From NCBI GenBank assembly GCA_031402225.1, contig JANNSD010000050.1, positions 8,405-72,404 on the forward strand: a DNA stretch of 64,000 nt. The letters run 5' to 3'. A program made the translations under genes and the position numbers. A model generated the notes under the pieces. It searched no databases and was not told the origin of the DNA. It saw only the letters and a list, made by a program, of their open reading frames with translations. This document shows, in pieces, positions 19,845 through 30,246 of the stretch; the stretch's first letter is position 1; every line of letters begins with the position of its first letter. The DNA comes from Gemmatimonadota bacterium. Its GTDB lineage: Bacteria; Gemmatimonadota; Gemmatimonadetes; Gemmatimonadales; GWC2-71-9.

Positions 19845-22800
19845 ATGATCCTTTCGGACCTGTCCATCCGGCGCCCCGTCCTGGCCAGCATGCTGAGTGC
19901 GGCGCTGGTGCTGTTCGGCATCATCGGGTATCGGCAGCTGTCAGTGCGCGAGTACCCTGACGTCGATCCCCCGGTCATTTCGGTGCAGACCACGCTGGCG
20001 GGTGCCAACCCGCAGGTCATGGAATCGGCGGTCACCGACATTCTCGAGGAAGAGCTCAGCACCGTCCCCGGCCTGCGCACGCTCGTCAGCTCGAGCGCCG
20101 AGCAGTTCAGCAACATCACGCTGGAGTTCACGCTCGATCGAGACGTGGATGACGCGGCTCAGGATGTCCGCGACAAGGTGTCGCGCGTGCGCGGCCGGCT
20201 GCCGCTGGATATCAGGGAGCCGGTCATCGCCAAGCAGGAGGCGGATGCGTCGCCCTTCTTCTGGCTGGCCCTCAACGGCCAGAACTACTCCCTCCTGCAG
20301 CTGTCCGACCTCGCCGATCGCCTGGTCAAGAGCCAGCTGCAGAGCGTCCCCGGGGTTGGCAGCGTCTTCATTGCCGGTGAGCGCCGCTACTCGATGCGGG
20401 TCTGGCTCTCGACCGCGCAGCTGGCGGCTCGCGGGCTCACGGTGCAGGATGTCGAGCGGGCGATCCGGAGCCGTAATGTCGAGGTCCCCGCAGGCCGTAT
20501 CGAGTCGAATCGCCGGGAATTCACGGTCCGGTCGCAGGGTCAACTCAAGACACCGACGGAGTTCGGCGAACTCGTGGTCGCGAGCCAGGGCGGGCAGCTG
20601 GTCAAGCTCAAGGACCTGGGCCGCGTGGAGCTCGCGGCCGAGGATGAGCGCAGCGCACTCCGCTTCAAGGGAGCGCCGACGGTGGGCCTCGGCGTGGTGC
20701 GACAGTCGAAGGCCAACCTGATCACGGTGGCGGACGCGGTGCGGGAGGCCCTGCCCGGCATCGCCGCGTCGCTGCCGCCCGGGGTGCGAGTCGATGTCTC
20801 CTATGACGGCTCCACCTTCGTCAAGCGGTCGATCCTCGAGGCGCAGGAAACGCTGATCATCGCGGCCCTGCTCGTCGTGCTGATCATCTTTGTCTTCCTG
20901 CGTAATGTGCGCTCGACGATCATCCCCGGGCTCGCCATCCCGGTGTCGATCATCTCGACGTTCGCGGTGATGTACTTCCTCGGCTTCTCCATCAATAACC
21001 TGACGCTGCTCGCGCTGACGCTCGCCATTGGTATCGTGGTAGACGACGCGATCATCGTGCTGGAGAACGCCTACCGCCACCAGGAAGAACTGGGCGAGGA
21101 TCCCAACACCGCAGCGGTGAACGGCACCCGCGAGATTGCCTTCGCCGTCATTGCCACCACGATTGCGCTGGTGGCGGTGTTCACGCCGCTCGCGTTCCTC
21201 AAGGGCAACACCGGCCGCCTCTTCAACGAGTTCGGCATCGCAGTGGCCGGCTCGGTGGTCGTCTCGGGCTTCGTGGCGCTGACCCTGACGCCGATGCTCT
21301 GTGCCAAGATCCTCCGGATACCGAAGGAGCATGGTCCTCTGTTCCGACTGTTCGAGCGCGGCTTTAATAGCCTCGCTGATGGCTATGCTGCGTCCTTGCG
21401 CTGGGTCCTGTCGCACCGGCTGTTCATGCTCGTCGCCGCGGTGGGGTCCGTCCTGCTCGCGGTGGTCATTTTCAGGGACATGAAGCGCGAGTTCGTCCCG
21501 CCGGAGGATCGCGGTTTTTTCGTCACGGTGCTGATCGCGCCGGAAGGCTCGACGCTGGCCTTCACCGACCAGTACCAGAAGCAGGCCGAGGCGATCCTCG
21601 ACAAGACGAACGACGTGGATCGCTACTTCAGCATCGTAGGCGGATTCACCGGTTCGCCCAGCCGGGGGCTGATCTTCACGCGCCTGACCGACCAGGGGCC
21701 GCGGCGGAAAGTCCAGGACGTGATCGCCGAGGTGCAGGGGCAGTTCTTCGGCATCCCAGGGGTCATGATCTTCGCCAACAACCCTCCGGCCTTCGGGTTC
21801 GGCCAGCCGGTACAGTTCGTTGTCCGGCATCCGGACTTTGCGAAGCTCGCGCAGGTCATGGACACGCTGACCAAGCGCGCACGCCAGATCAAGGGACTGC
21901 AAAACGTCGACACTGATTTGCGAGTGAACAAGCCCGAGCTTGCCGTGAGCTTCGACCGCGACCGGGCCGAGGATCTGGGTGTGAGCGTGGGCGACGTGGC
22001 GGCGACCATGCAGACGCTGCTCGGCGGACGGCGGGTGAGCACGTTCACCCAGAACAACAAGCTCTACGATGTCATTGTCCAGCTGGACCCTTCCGAGCGC
22101 GCGACGCCCAACGACGTAGCCGGGCTTTACGTCACGGGCCGCAACGGGCAGCTGGTCCAGCTGAGTGCGATGACCAGCGTGAATGAGGGGGTGGGTGCGC
22201 AGCGCCTCAACCACTTCGACCGGGTGCGCTCCTTCACGCTCACCGCCGGCCTGGCCCAGGGATTTACGCTGGGCGAAGCGCTCGACTCGCTCAACCGGGT
22301 CGCGGCCGAGGTCCTGCCGCCGGTGGCGAGCACCCGGCTCGCCGGCGAATCACGCGAGCTGGCGGAGAGCGGTGCCGCGCTGTACTTCGCCTTCGGTCTG
22401 GCCCTCCTCGTGGTGTTCATGGTGCTGGCCTCGCAGTTCGAGTCGATGATCCACCCGCTCACCGTGCTCGTCGCCGTACCGCTGGCGATCACCGGGGCCC
22501 TGGTCACGCTGTATGTCACGAGATCGACCATCAACCTCTACAGCCAGATCGGCATGATCCTCCTGATCGGGCTGGTGACGAAGAACTCCATCCTGCTCGT
22601 GGAGTATGCCAACAACCTGGTGGAGCGGGGCTCCGACGCGCGCGACGCGATCCTCGAGGCCGGGCGCATCCGGCTCCGGCCGATCCTCATGACCTCGGTA
22701 TCCACCATCATGGGCGCCCTGCCCATCGCACTCGGCCTCGGTGCTGGCGCTACCAGCCGTCGCCCACTCGGCTATGCAATTGCCGGCGGGGTCTTCTTCT

Positions 22801-22925
22801 CCACGATCCTGACGCTCTATCTCGTACCAACCGTCTGGCTGTTCTTCGAGGGGCTCCGGAAGCCCAAGCCCCATCCCCAGTCCACCGTGGCGGCCGTTCC
22901 GGTGCTGGCTGGGGAAGCCGAGTGA
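19845..22925 (+). CDS. RND efflux transporter permease (AcrB/HAE1 family)
   Basis: 1026 aa with the typical N-terminus MILSDLSIRRPVLASMLSAALVLFGIIGY, 12 TM helices and two large periplasmic loops. Confidence 0.95.
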   Translation: MILSDLSIRRPVLASMLSAALVLFGIIGYRQLSVREYPDVDPPVISVQTTLAGANPQVMESAVTDILEEELSTVPGLRTLVSSSAEQFSNITLEFTLDRDVDDAAQDVRDKVSRVRGRLPLDIREPVIAKQEADASPFFWLALNGQNYSLLQLSDLADRLVKSQLQSVPGVGSVFIAGERRYSMRVWLSTAQLAARGLTVQDVERAIRSRNVEVPAGRIESNRREFTVRSQGQLKTPTEFGELVVASQGGQLVKLKDLGRVELAAEDERSALRFKGAPTVGLGVVRQSKANLITVADAVREALPGIAASLPPGVRVDVSYDGSTFVKRSILEAQETLIIAALLVVLIIFVFLRNVRSTIIPGLAIPVSIISTFAVMYFLGFSINNLTLLALTLAIGIVVDDAIIVLENAYRHQEELGEDPNTAAVNGTREIAFAVIATTIALVAVFTPLAFLKGNTGRLFNEFGIAVAGSVVVSGFVALTLTPMLCAKILRIPKEHGPLFRLFERGFNSLADGYAASLRWVLSHRLFMLVAAVGSVLLAVVIFRDMKREFVPPEDRGFFVTVLIAPEGSTLAFTDQYQKQAEAILDKTNDVDRYFSIVGGFTGSPSRGLIFTRLTDQGPRRKVQDVIAEVQGQFFGIPGVMIFANNPPAFGFGQPVQFVVRHPDFAKLAQVMDTLTKRARQIKGLQNVDTDLRVNKPELAVSFDRDRAEDLGVSVGDVAATMQTLLGGRRVSTFTQNNKLYDVIVQLDPSERATPNDVAGLYVTGRNGQLVQLSAMTSVNEGVGAQRLNHFDRVRSFTLTAGLAQGFTLGEALDSLNRVAAEVLPPVASTRLAGESRELAESGAALYFAFGLALLVVFMVLASQFESMIHPLTVLVAVPLAITGALVTLYVTRSTINLYSQIGMILLIGLVTKNSILLVEYANNLVERGSDARDAILEAGRIRLRPILMTSVSTIMGALPIALGLGAGATSRRPLGYAIAGGVFFSTILTLYLVPTVWLFFEGLRKPKPHPQSTVAAVPVLAGEAE

Positions 22926-24220
22926 TCGCCCTCGCCGCGGCACTGCTGCTGCAAGTGCCGATACCGGTTCGCATCGCCCCCCCGGATACCTCACTGCCGC
23001 ACGTGACGCTGGCCGAGGCGATTCGGCGCGCGACCGGCGTCGATCCCGCCTACGTGCGTGCCACCGGCGAGGTGGACAACGCCGAGTGGGGCCGTCGCGC
23101 GGCGGTGCTCGCGTTCATCATCCCGTCGCTGGCCGTAAGCCTCGACGCGACGAAGTTTTCGCAACCGTTCTTCAACATCGGCATTGGCGCGCCTACCAGC
23201 AGTGCGGTGAACTTCCGCGCCAATGCCGCGTACGAACTGCTGAGCGTGCGGAAGATCACCGATCTCGGCTTTACCAAGGCCGAGCTGGAGGCGAGCCAGG
23301 CCAACGCCGAGCTTCAGCGCTTCCAGCTGGCCTTCGACACCGAGAATGATTTCCTCAACGTCCTCATCAGCCGGGAACTCGCCCGGGTGGCACGGAGCCG
23401 GCTGGGTCGCGCGCAGGAGCAACTGACGGTGGCGCGCGCGCGCGTCCTTTCCGGTGCGGCAGTCCAGACCGACTCGCTGCAGCTCGTGTTCGAGGAGACC
23501 CAGGCACGTCTGGACGTGTTGCGCCAGGACCTGACGCTCAAGGTGGCGCGGCTGCAGCTGGGCCGCCGGATCGGGGACGATGGGCCGGTAGACGCGCAGG
23601 TCACCGACACATTGCTGCCGCCCGACCTCGGCTACACCGACCAGCAGCTCACCCAGCTGGCACTGCAGCAGGCACCGCAATACCGGCAGGCGCGTGCGCT
23701 GACCCGCTCGGCGGCGTATGCGCTCAAGGGCGAGAAGGGCGCGTACCTGCCGACGTTTGCCCTGACGGCAAGCTTCACCGAGTTTGACAGCAACTTTCCG
23801 CCAAGCGGGCAGGGGATCGGCGCAGTGTCACTGCTCGTGGCCCTCCCGATCTGGAATGGTGCCCGGCGCGAGATTGCGGTGCAGCAGGCAAAGGTCAACC
23901 TCGCAGTCGCGCGGGCGGTGAGCGCCGACCTCGAGCGTGCGGCGGCGCGGGACGTGACCCAGGCGGCCGAGGCCTACCGTATTTCGCGTGAGGCGGTGGA
24001 CCTGACGCAACTCCAGCTGGTGGCAGCCCAGGAGACCTACCGGGTGCAGGAGCTTCGATACAAGAGCGGAGCGAACACCATTCTCGACCTGCTGGAAGCA
24101 CAGTTTCAGTTGACACGCGCCGAGGCCGAGGCCGCGCAGTCGGTCTTCGCGCTGTACCTGTCGCTCGCGGGCCTCGAGGCGATCACGGGGCAGGAGTTTC
24201 TTGTGGGGAGGGACCAGTGA
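22922..24220 (+). CDS. TolC-like outer-membrane efflux protein
   Basis: 432 aa with two OEP-type repeats rich in coiled-coil segments (LELAQ.., LDLLEAQFQLTRAEAEAAQ). 4-nt overlap with the pump gene. Confidence 0.9.
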   Translation: MIALAAALLLQVPIPVRIAPPDTSLPHVTLAEAIRRATGVDPAYVRATGEVDNAEWGRRAAVLAFIIPSLAVSLDATKFSQPFFNIGIGAPTSSAVNFRANAAYELLSVRKITDLGFTKAELEASQANAELQRFQLAFDTENDFLNVLISRELARVARSRLGRAQEQLTVARARVLSGAAVQTDSLQLVFEETQARLDVLRQDLTLKVARLQLGRRIGDDGPVDAQVTDTLLPPDLGYTDQQLTQLALQQAPQYRQARALTRSAAYALKGEKGAYLPTFALTASFTEFDSNFPPSGQGIGAVSLLVALPIWNGARREIAVQQAKVNLAVARAVSADLERAAARDVTQAAEAYRISREAVDLTQLQLVAAQETYRVQELRYKSGANTILDLLEAQFQLTRAEAEAAQSVFALYLSLAGLEAITGQEFLVGRDQ

Positions 24221-25305
24221 TGAATTGGCGGGGAGTGCTACTGCCCCTGGCGGTGGTGGTGATGGGCGCGTCGTGCAAGAAGGCCGTTCCGAAGACCGCG
24301 GCCGCGACAGGCGCAGCCCCCGCGGCGGCCCCCGGCATTGCCGTCGAGGTCGCCGTGGCGAAGCGGGATACCGTCATCGATGCCATCGCGGCTACGGGAC
24401 AGATCGAGGCGGTGCAGGCCATCGAGTTGCGGCCCGACGTGGAGGGCCGGATCATCGAGATCCTCTTCCGCGAGGGCAGTGAGGTGGCGAAGGGCACGCC
24501 GCTGTTCCGCATCGACGACGCCGAGCTGCAGGCGCAGGTGGCCAGCGCGGCCGCGGATCGCGACCTGGCGGCGCAATCGCTGGCGCGCACGAGGGACCTG
24601 GTGCAGCAGCGCGCCTCATCGCAGGCCGATCTCGAGCGGGCAGAGGCCATGTCCCGCAGCGCGGATGCGTCGCTCGCCCTGCTGCAGGTGCGTCTCGACC
24701 GCACGGTGGTGCGGGCACCCTTCAGCGGCGTGGTGGGCCAGCGCTTCGTGAGCCTGGGCGACTACGTGACGTCGTCCACGCGGCTTGCGTCGCTCCAGAC
24801 GGTGAATCCGGAGCGGGTCAGCTTCCAGGTGCCGGAGCGGTATGCCGCACAACTGCGCCGCAACCAGACCATCGCGTTCCAGGTGGCCGCGATGCGCAAC
24901 AAGACGTTTACCGGTACCGTCGACTTCGTTGATCCCGTGGTGCAGCTGCCCGGGCGCACCATCACCGTGAAGGCGCTGGTGCCCAACCCGAAGCGGGAAT
25001 TGCAGGCGGGCATGTTCGTGGACGTGCGACTCGCCACCGCGCAGCGTCCCAATGCCGTGGTCGTGCCTGAGGACGCCGTACTGGCGCTGCAGGGAATCAC
25101 CGTGGTCTGGGTCATCAAGGACGGCAAGGCCACCCGGCGTCCCGTGACGCTCGGGGTAAGGTCACCCGGGTTCGTCGAGGTGCTCGATGGGGTGGAGGCT
25201 GGCGAGCAGGTCGTCGTGGGCGGCATCGAAAAAGTGTCCGAGGGCGCTGCAGTAACACCGCAGGTGGTGGAGCGGACCAAGCCGGTGGTGATGGAAGGGC
25301 GCTAG
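24217..25305 (+). CDS. RND efflux membrane fusion protein (HlyD/AcrA family)
   Basis: Lipoprotein-type signal (VVVMGASC), a lipoyl/hairpin region and VRAPFSGVVGQRFVSLGDYV. 4-nt overlap with the OMF gene. Confidence 0.9.
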   Translation: MMNWRGVLLPLAVVVMGASCKKAVPKTAAATGAAPAAAPGIAVEVAVAKRDTVIDAIAATGQIEAVQAIELRPDVEGRIIEILFREGSEVAKGTPLFRIDDAELQAQVASAAADRDLAAQSLARTRDLVQQRASSQADLERAEAMSRSADASLALLQVRLDRTVVRAPFSGVVGQRFVSLGDYVTSSTRLASLQTVNPERVSFQVPERYAAQLRRNQTIAFQVAAMRNKTFTGTVDFVDPVVQLPGRTITVKALVPNPKRELQAGMFVDVRLATAQRPNAVVVPEDAVLALQGITVVWVIKDGKATRRPVTLGVRSPGFVEVLDGVEAGEQVVVGGIEKVSEGAAVTPQVVERTKPVVMEGR

Positions 25306-27320
25306 TGTCCGACACGCGGTCTGGTTCCCTGGGCGCCAGGCGCCTTCGACCCTGGGTCATGGCCCTGGTGCTTGCGCTGGCTGCGTTCCGGTGCGCCGAC
25401 GCGGCAGCACAGCAGGGGATCGCGGGACGTTGGCGCATCGATGTCTACGATATCACGCCGACGCCGTGGTATGGCGAACTGATGTTCACCGATTCTGCCG
25501 GCGCGTGGCGGGGTCGCGCGGTGTTTTCCAACTGGACTGGTGCGCCCGTCGCGCTCACGCACCTCCTGGCGGACGACGCTGGCCGGGTGGAGTTCGTGGT
25601 GCCGGGTGAAGGGGGTGCCAGCTTTACCGGTGCCATGGCTGGCGGACCGCAGCAACTGCGCGGCGCCGTCACCGCCGACGGCGGACGCCGGGGACGGTGG
25701 GCCGCGGCGCGGCTTGATCCGGCCATCGAGTTCTACGCCGTCCTGCCGCGATTCCGGCTGAGGCAGCTGGTCGGTGGCGTGAGTGTGGAGCACCTCTTCC
25801 TGCCGGCGCCCCTCGTGGCCGCCGCCGCTCGCGAGGCATCGCTGGCTGACCTGGCGGGGACCTACGACCGCCTGGCGAGCGCCAGCGGCCTGGCACCACT
25901 TGCCGGGACCGCGCTGCAGCAGGACGGGCCGGATCGCATGCTCGGCTTCGTGCAGCGCCCGGCGGTGCTCGCCGCAGTGCAGCGCACGCTGGAACAGTTG
26001 CGCGCGGCCCTGCCGGCCGACACCACGCGCGGGCAATTCGACGCCCTCTTCCGACCCGATGGCCGATGGCGGCTCGATGTGCATGACGCCGCGCTCGACT
26101 TCGCACGGATGCGTCGCCGCGGGTTGCAGTGGAGCGACGTCATGCCGGCGCTGGTCGCCACCGGCTCGATCAGCGACTCCGGGCTCGGTGCCGGCGCGGT
26201 GCCGCTCGCCCTGGAGCGGCTGCGGATGCTCGGAGCCGCCGACTCCGCCGCGGTGAGCCATCTCCTCACCATGGCGCGGTCCACGACACCGGAGTCCGCC
26301 CGGTCGCTCGGCATCCTGCTCGCGGCCTATCCCGAGGCCGAGGACTGGCATCGGCAGGCGCTGGCCTTCCTCATCCGCGCACGCTGGATCGCCCAGGATG
26401 GCGCCTCCCGTTCCCCCGCCGAGGTCGTCCGCGATTCCTGGCTGGCGATCATGCCCGGCGATTCGGCGCGTGCCCGAGCGCGGCCGGCTTTCGCCTCACA
26501 GCTGTTCGGCCTGCCGCAGGCGGTGCCACGATACGGTGTGTCGACGGCCACGATGGCCCGCCTGGTGACCCCGCTCAACTGGACTGCGGGGCAATGGCTG
26601 GATCGGCATGGGGCCGCGGAGTTGACCACCGTGCTGCACCTCCTTGAATCCCCCGCACGAAGCGACCTGTTCGTGGCGCGGCATGACGAGCGGCTGCGCA
26701 TCGTGTCGGTGAAGCAGCGCTCGGAGGAGTCCACCAGCGGGTTCCTCGAGCGCCAGGAAGCTATCGCGGTCGAGCCCAGCTACATCCCGCTCCTGGCGCT
26801 GGGCGCGGTGCTGCATGAATGGGGACACCTGTTGGCGGAAGGATGGCGCTTCGACCAGGCGGTACTGGCCGCCCCCGACAGCGGCGAGGTCGTGTTGCCT
26901 GGGTTGAACCCCTGGCTCGTCGAGGGTATCGCCGAGGTGTGGACTGACCTGGTCCTTGGCCCCATCCTGTCCCGGTGGCCGCTGATCGGCTTCGCCGAGG
27001 CCGAAAAGCGAGTACGTCTGGCCGGCAGCGAACTGGATCCGCATGTCACGGGCTACCTGATGGCACGCGCGGTAATCCGCGCGGCCGTGGCGAAGGGCAC
27101 GTCCGCACCGGTCGCGATCCGGCATCTCATCGAGGCGGGCGGCCCTGCGGCCGTTGTAGCAGATCCCCTGTTCGCGTCCGGACTCCAGGATTCCGGGGAC
27201 ATCGTGCCGCTGATCGTCCACGCGCCAAGCCGGCGTTTCATGGTGCCCGAGACCACCTTCACCGTCGACACACGCGTTCCTGATCTGGTCAGCACCACCA
27301 TCAGGGCACCGGAGCGGTGA
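25305..27320 (+). CDS. Secreted protein with gluzincin-like HExxH...E motif (putative MA-clan metallopeptidase)
   Basis: 671 aa with a signal peptide (VMALVLALAAFRCADAAAQ). HEWGHLLAEG is followed 31 residues later by NPWLVEGIAEVW, which resembles the WLNEGFA third-ligand motif of M1-like peptidases. The GTG start overlaps the MFP stop by 1 nt. Confidence 0.7.
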   Translation: MSDTRSGSLGARRLRPWVMALVLALAAFRCADAAAQQGIAGRWRIDVYDITPTPWYGELMFTDSAGAWRGRAVFSNWTGAPVALTHLLADDAGRVEFVVPGEGGASFTGAMAGGPQQLRGAVTADGGRRGRWAAARLDPAIEFYAVLPRFRLRQLVGGVSVEHLFLPAPLVAAAAREASLADLAGTYDRLASASGLAPLAGTALQQDGPDRMLGFVQRPAVLAAVQRTLEQLRAALPADTTRGQFDALFRPDGRWRLDVHDAALDFARMRRRGLQWSDVMPALVATGSISDSGLGAGAVPLALERLRMLGAADSAAVSHLLTMARSTTPESARSLGILLAAYPEAEDWHRQALAFLIRARWIAQDGASRSPAEVVRDSWLAIMPGDSARARARPAFASQLFGLPQAVPRYGVSTATMARLVTPLNWTAGQWLDRHGAAELTTVLHLLESPARSDLFVARHDERLRIVSVKQRSEESTSGFLERQEAIAVEPSYIPLLALGAVLHEWGHLLAEGWRFDQAVLAAPDSGEVVLPGLNPWLVEGIAEVWTDLVLGPILSRWPLIGFAEAEKRVRLAGSELDPHVTGYLMARAVIRAAVAKGTSAPVAIRHLIEAGGPAAVVADPLFASGLQDSGDIVPLIVHAPSRRFMVPETTFTVDTRVPDLVSTTIRAPER

Positions 27321-28903
27321 TGAACTTGTCCCATGCGGTCGTACTCACGATGCTGCTTGCCACTCCGCTTGCTGCCCAGCAGACAACACCCGAGCGCACC
27401 GGTGGGAAGGAAACGTCGAGCTGGGCTGATGTGACGGCATTCCTGGATTCGCTCGAGCGCCGCGGTGGGCCCTTCCGGTTCGGTACGCTCGCCACCAGCA
27501 CCGAGGGACGACGTGTCCCGATCGTCGTTGTCGCGGCGCCGGGGGTGCAGGGCCCAGCCGACGCCCATGCGTCGCGTCGCGTCGTCGTCTGGCTTCAGGC
27601 CGATATCCACGGCGGCGAGGTCGAAGGGAAGGAAGTGGCGCAGATGATCCTGCGGGATCTCGGCTTCGGCCCGCTGCGGTCGCTGCTCGACAGTCTCGTG
27701 CTGCTGGTGGTGCCGATATACAACCCGGACGGCAACGATGCGTGGGCGGCTGACAGCGTGAACCGGCCGGGTCAGAACGGGCCGGCGATCGTTGGGCGGA
27801 ACACCACCGGTCTCGGCCTCAACCTGAACCGGGACTACGTGAAGATGGAGGCGCCGGAGACCCGGGGCGCGGCGGCGCTCATCGATGCCTGGCAGCCCGA
27901 CGTCTTCATCGACCTGCACACCACCAACGGCAGTTACCATGGGTACGCCCTGACCTACGCTCCCGGGCTCAATCCCAACGATACGCCGGCAAACGCGTAC
28001 GTCCGCGACACGTTCCTGCCGATCATCCGGCAGCGCATGAAGAAGCGGCACGGACTTGAGACTTTTCCATACGGCAACTTTCGCAGCCAGATGCCGGACT
28101 CGCTCATCCTCGGCTGGGAGACGTACGACGCCCGGCCACGATTCGGCACCAACTGGACCGGGCTGCGCGGGCGCATGGCGATCCTGAGCGAGGCGTACAG
28201 CAACGCCCCGTTTCCGGTGCGCATCGCATCGACGTATGCATTCGTGCAGGAGATCCTCGCGCTGGTGGCGGCCGAGCGCAGCGGTATCAAGCGACTGATC
28301 GCCGAATCCGCGAGCCAGCGCCCCGATTCGGTGGTCGTCCGCTCGGTCCTGGCGCCGCCCACCGAGCAGCCGGTGATCGCAGAGATCACGACGGCGGCCG
28401 GCGATGGCGACGGTCCCTTTGCGCAGCGCACGCGAACGGGGCAGTTCCGCACCGTGAGGATGCCGGTCTACGACCGCTTTACCGCGTCGCGACGCGAGGC
28501 GCGTCCGGTGGCGTACCTTGTGCCGGCTTCGCTGCCTGACGTTGCGGCACTTCTGGTTCGCCAGGGTATCCAGGTGGAGCGGCTTACCGCCCCGTGGCAG
28601 GGGTCGGCGGAGCGCTTCCGCGTGGACTCGATCGTGGCGCAGCCGTACGCCTTCGAGGGGCACCGCACGGTCAGGGTTGAGGGAGCGTGGCTCGACGCGA
28701 CGCCATATGAGGCGGCGGCCGGCAGCTACCTGGTGCGCACCGACCAGGCCCTGGGCATGCTGGCGAGCTACCTGCTCGAACCGGCCTCGGAAGATGGCGT
28801 CGATGTCTGGAACCTGGTGGACCGCCTGCTCACGCTGCGCGCGCCGCACCCGGTGGCACGCGTCCGGGTTCCGGTGCGCGCCACCACCATTGAACTGTAC
28901 TGA
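27317..28903 (+). CDS. M14-family zinc carboxypeptidase
   Basis: Signal peptide, then LQADIHGGEVEGKE (HxxE zinc site), YNPDGND, NLNRDY and DLHTTNG. The start overlaps the previous stop (GTGATG). Confidence 0.85.
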   Translation: MMNLSHAVVLTMLLATPLAAQQTTPERTGGKETSSWADVTAFLDSLERRGGPFRFGTLATSTEGRRVPIVVVAAPGVQGPADAHASRRVVVWLQADIHGGEVEGKEVAQMILRDLGFGPLRSLLDSLVLLVVPIYNPDGNDAWAADSVNRPGQNGPAIVGRNTTGLGLNLNRDYVKMEAPETRGAAALIDAWQPDVFIDLHTTNGSYHGYALTYAPGLNPNDTPANAYVRDTFLPIIRQRMKKRHGLETFPYGNFRSQMPDSLILGWETYDARPRFGTNWTGLRGRMAILSEAYSNAPFPVRIASTYAFVQEILALVAAERSGIKRLIAESASQRPDSVVVRSVLAPPTEQPVIAEITTAAGDGDGPFAQRTRTGQFRTVRMPVYDRFTASRREARPVAYLVPASLPDVAALLVRQGIQVERLTAPWQGSAERFRVDSIVAQPYAFEGHRTVRVEGAWLDATPYEAAAGSYLVRTDQALGMLASYLLEPASEDGVDVWNLVDRLLTLRAPHPVARVRVPVRATTIELY

Positions 28904-28918
28904 CCCGGAGAGGACCAC

Positions 28919-29377
28919 ATGCTCGAGGCGGGAGCGAAGGCACCCAGGTTCAAGTTGCCCTCGGATGAGGGCCGGACGGTCTCGCTGGACGACCTGAAGG
29001 GCAAGAAAATCGTGCTCTACTTCTACCCGAAGGACGACACGAGCGGGTGCACCGCCCAGGCGTGCGAATTCCGCGACAACTGGAAGTCCGTGCAGGCGGC
29101 CGGCGCGGTCGTCCTCGGCGTCTCGCCCGATGGCGTGACGTCGCATGGCAAGTTCAAGGCGAAGTACCAGCTCCCATTCCCGCTGCTGGCCGACGAGGAC
29201 CACGCGGTCGCGGAGGCGTACGGCGCCTGGGGCGAGAAATCGATGTATGGCCGGAAGTACCACGGCATCCTGCGGACCACGTTCGTTATTGGCGCGGACG
29301 GCCGCATCGAGAAGGTGTTCCAGAAGGTGAAGCCGAAGGGTCATGCCGCCGAGGTGCTGACGGCACTCCGGGCCTGA
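28919..29377 (+). CDS. bcp: Thioredoxin-dependent peroxiredoxin Bcp
   Basis: FYPKDDTSGCTAQACEFRD (peroxidatic and resolving Cys). 152 aa, with typical Bcp length and sequence. Confidence 0.9.
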   Translation: MLEAGAKAPRFKLPSDEGRTVSLDDLKGKKIVLYFYPKDDTSGCTAQACEFRDNWKSVQAAGAVVLGVSPDGVTSHGKFKAKYQLPFPLLADEDHAVAEAYGAWGEKSMYGRKYHGILRTTFVIGADGRIEKVFQKVKPKGHAAEVLTALRA

Positions 29378-29463
29378 GACGGACACAAGGGACGGGAACC
29401 GGCCGTAGTTACCTTTCGGGCGATGGCAGGTACGCACTTGGCACAGGAAGCGAGCACCAGACG

Positions 29464-30225
29464 ATGACTCAGCCAGCAGCAGTGAAGACTCCCGCAGGCA
29501 AGCTGCCCGCCCCGACCGCCGCCAAACCGCGCGGGGCGGGCACGTGGCTCTGGGAGTGGGCGAAGTCGATCGGTGTGGCCCTGGTGGTGTGGTTCTTCCT
29601 GCGCACCTTCCTGCTCGAGGCGTTCCGCATCCCCTCGGGCAGTATGGAGAACACGCTGCTGGTGGGTGACTTTCTCTTCGTCAACAAGCTGCTGTACGGG
29701 GCTGAGGTGCCGCTCGTCGGCAAGAAGCTTCCGGCGGTGCGCGAGCCCCGGCGCAACGAGATTCTGGTGTTCGATTCGGTGGAGGAGCCAGGCCTCAAGG
29801 TGGTGAAGCGGCTGATCGGCGTGCCGGGAGATACCCTGGCGATGGAGGGCGGCACGCTGATCCGCAATGGCCAGCGCATCGAGGAGCCCTACGCGGTGCA
29901 TGCCAATCCGTCGTTGCTGGCGGAGCCGGATCAACGCGAACACATGCGGGCGTGGCAGTCCACGCACCTCGCTGGCCGGTCACCGGAGGGCTATCAGCCG
30001 GACCTGCAGAATTGGGGACCGGTCGTGGTGCCCGCCGATTCATTCTTCATGATGGGCGACAACCGGGACAGTTCGTACGATGGTCGCTACTGGGGCTTCC
30101 TGCCGCGGGCCAACGTGCGGGGAACCCCAATGTTCATTTACTACAGCTTCAACGGCAACAGTTGGCGCCCCCTGCCGTTCTTCTCCGACATTCGCTGGGG
30201 AAGGTTCTTCACCGTCCCGAAGTAG
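29464..30225 (+). CDS. lepB: Signal peptidase I
   Basis: SGSMENTL (catalytic Ser), VKRLIGVPGD (catalytic Lys box) and GDNRDSSYDGRYWGF. ATG 29464 follows a plausible N-terminal TM segment. The track ORF start 29047 lies inside bcp. Confidence 0.9.
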   Translation: MTQPAAVKTPAGKLPAPTAAKPRGAGTWLWEWAKSIGVALVVWFFLRTFLLEAFRIPSGSMENTLLVGDFLFVNKLLYGAEVPLVGKKLPAVREPRRNEILVFDSVEEPGLKVVKRLIGVPGDTLAMEGGTLIRNGQRIEEPYAVHANPSLLAEPDQREHMRAWQSTHLAGRSPEGYQPDLQNWGPVVVPADSFFMMGDNRDSSYDGRYWGFLPRANVRGTPMFIYYSFNGNSWRPLPFFSDIRWGRFFTVPK

Positions 30226-30246
30226 CGGCTGCCGGCCAGCGCTGGC

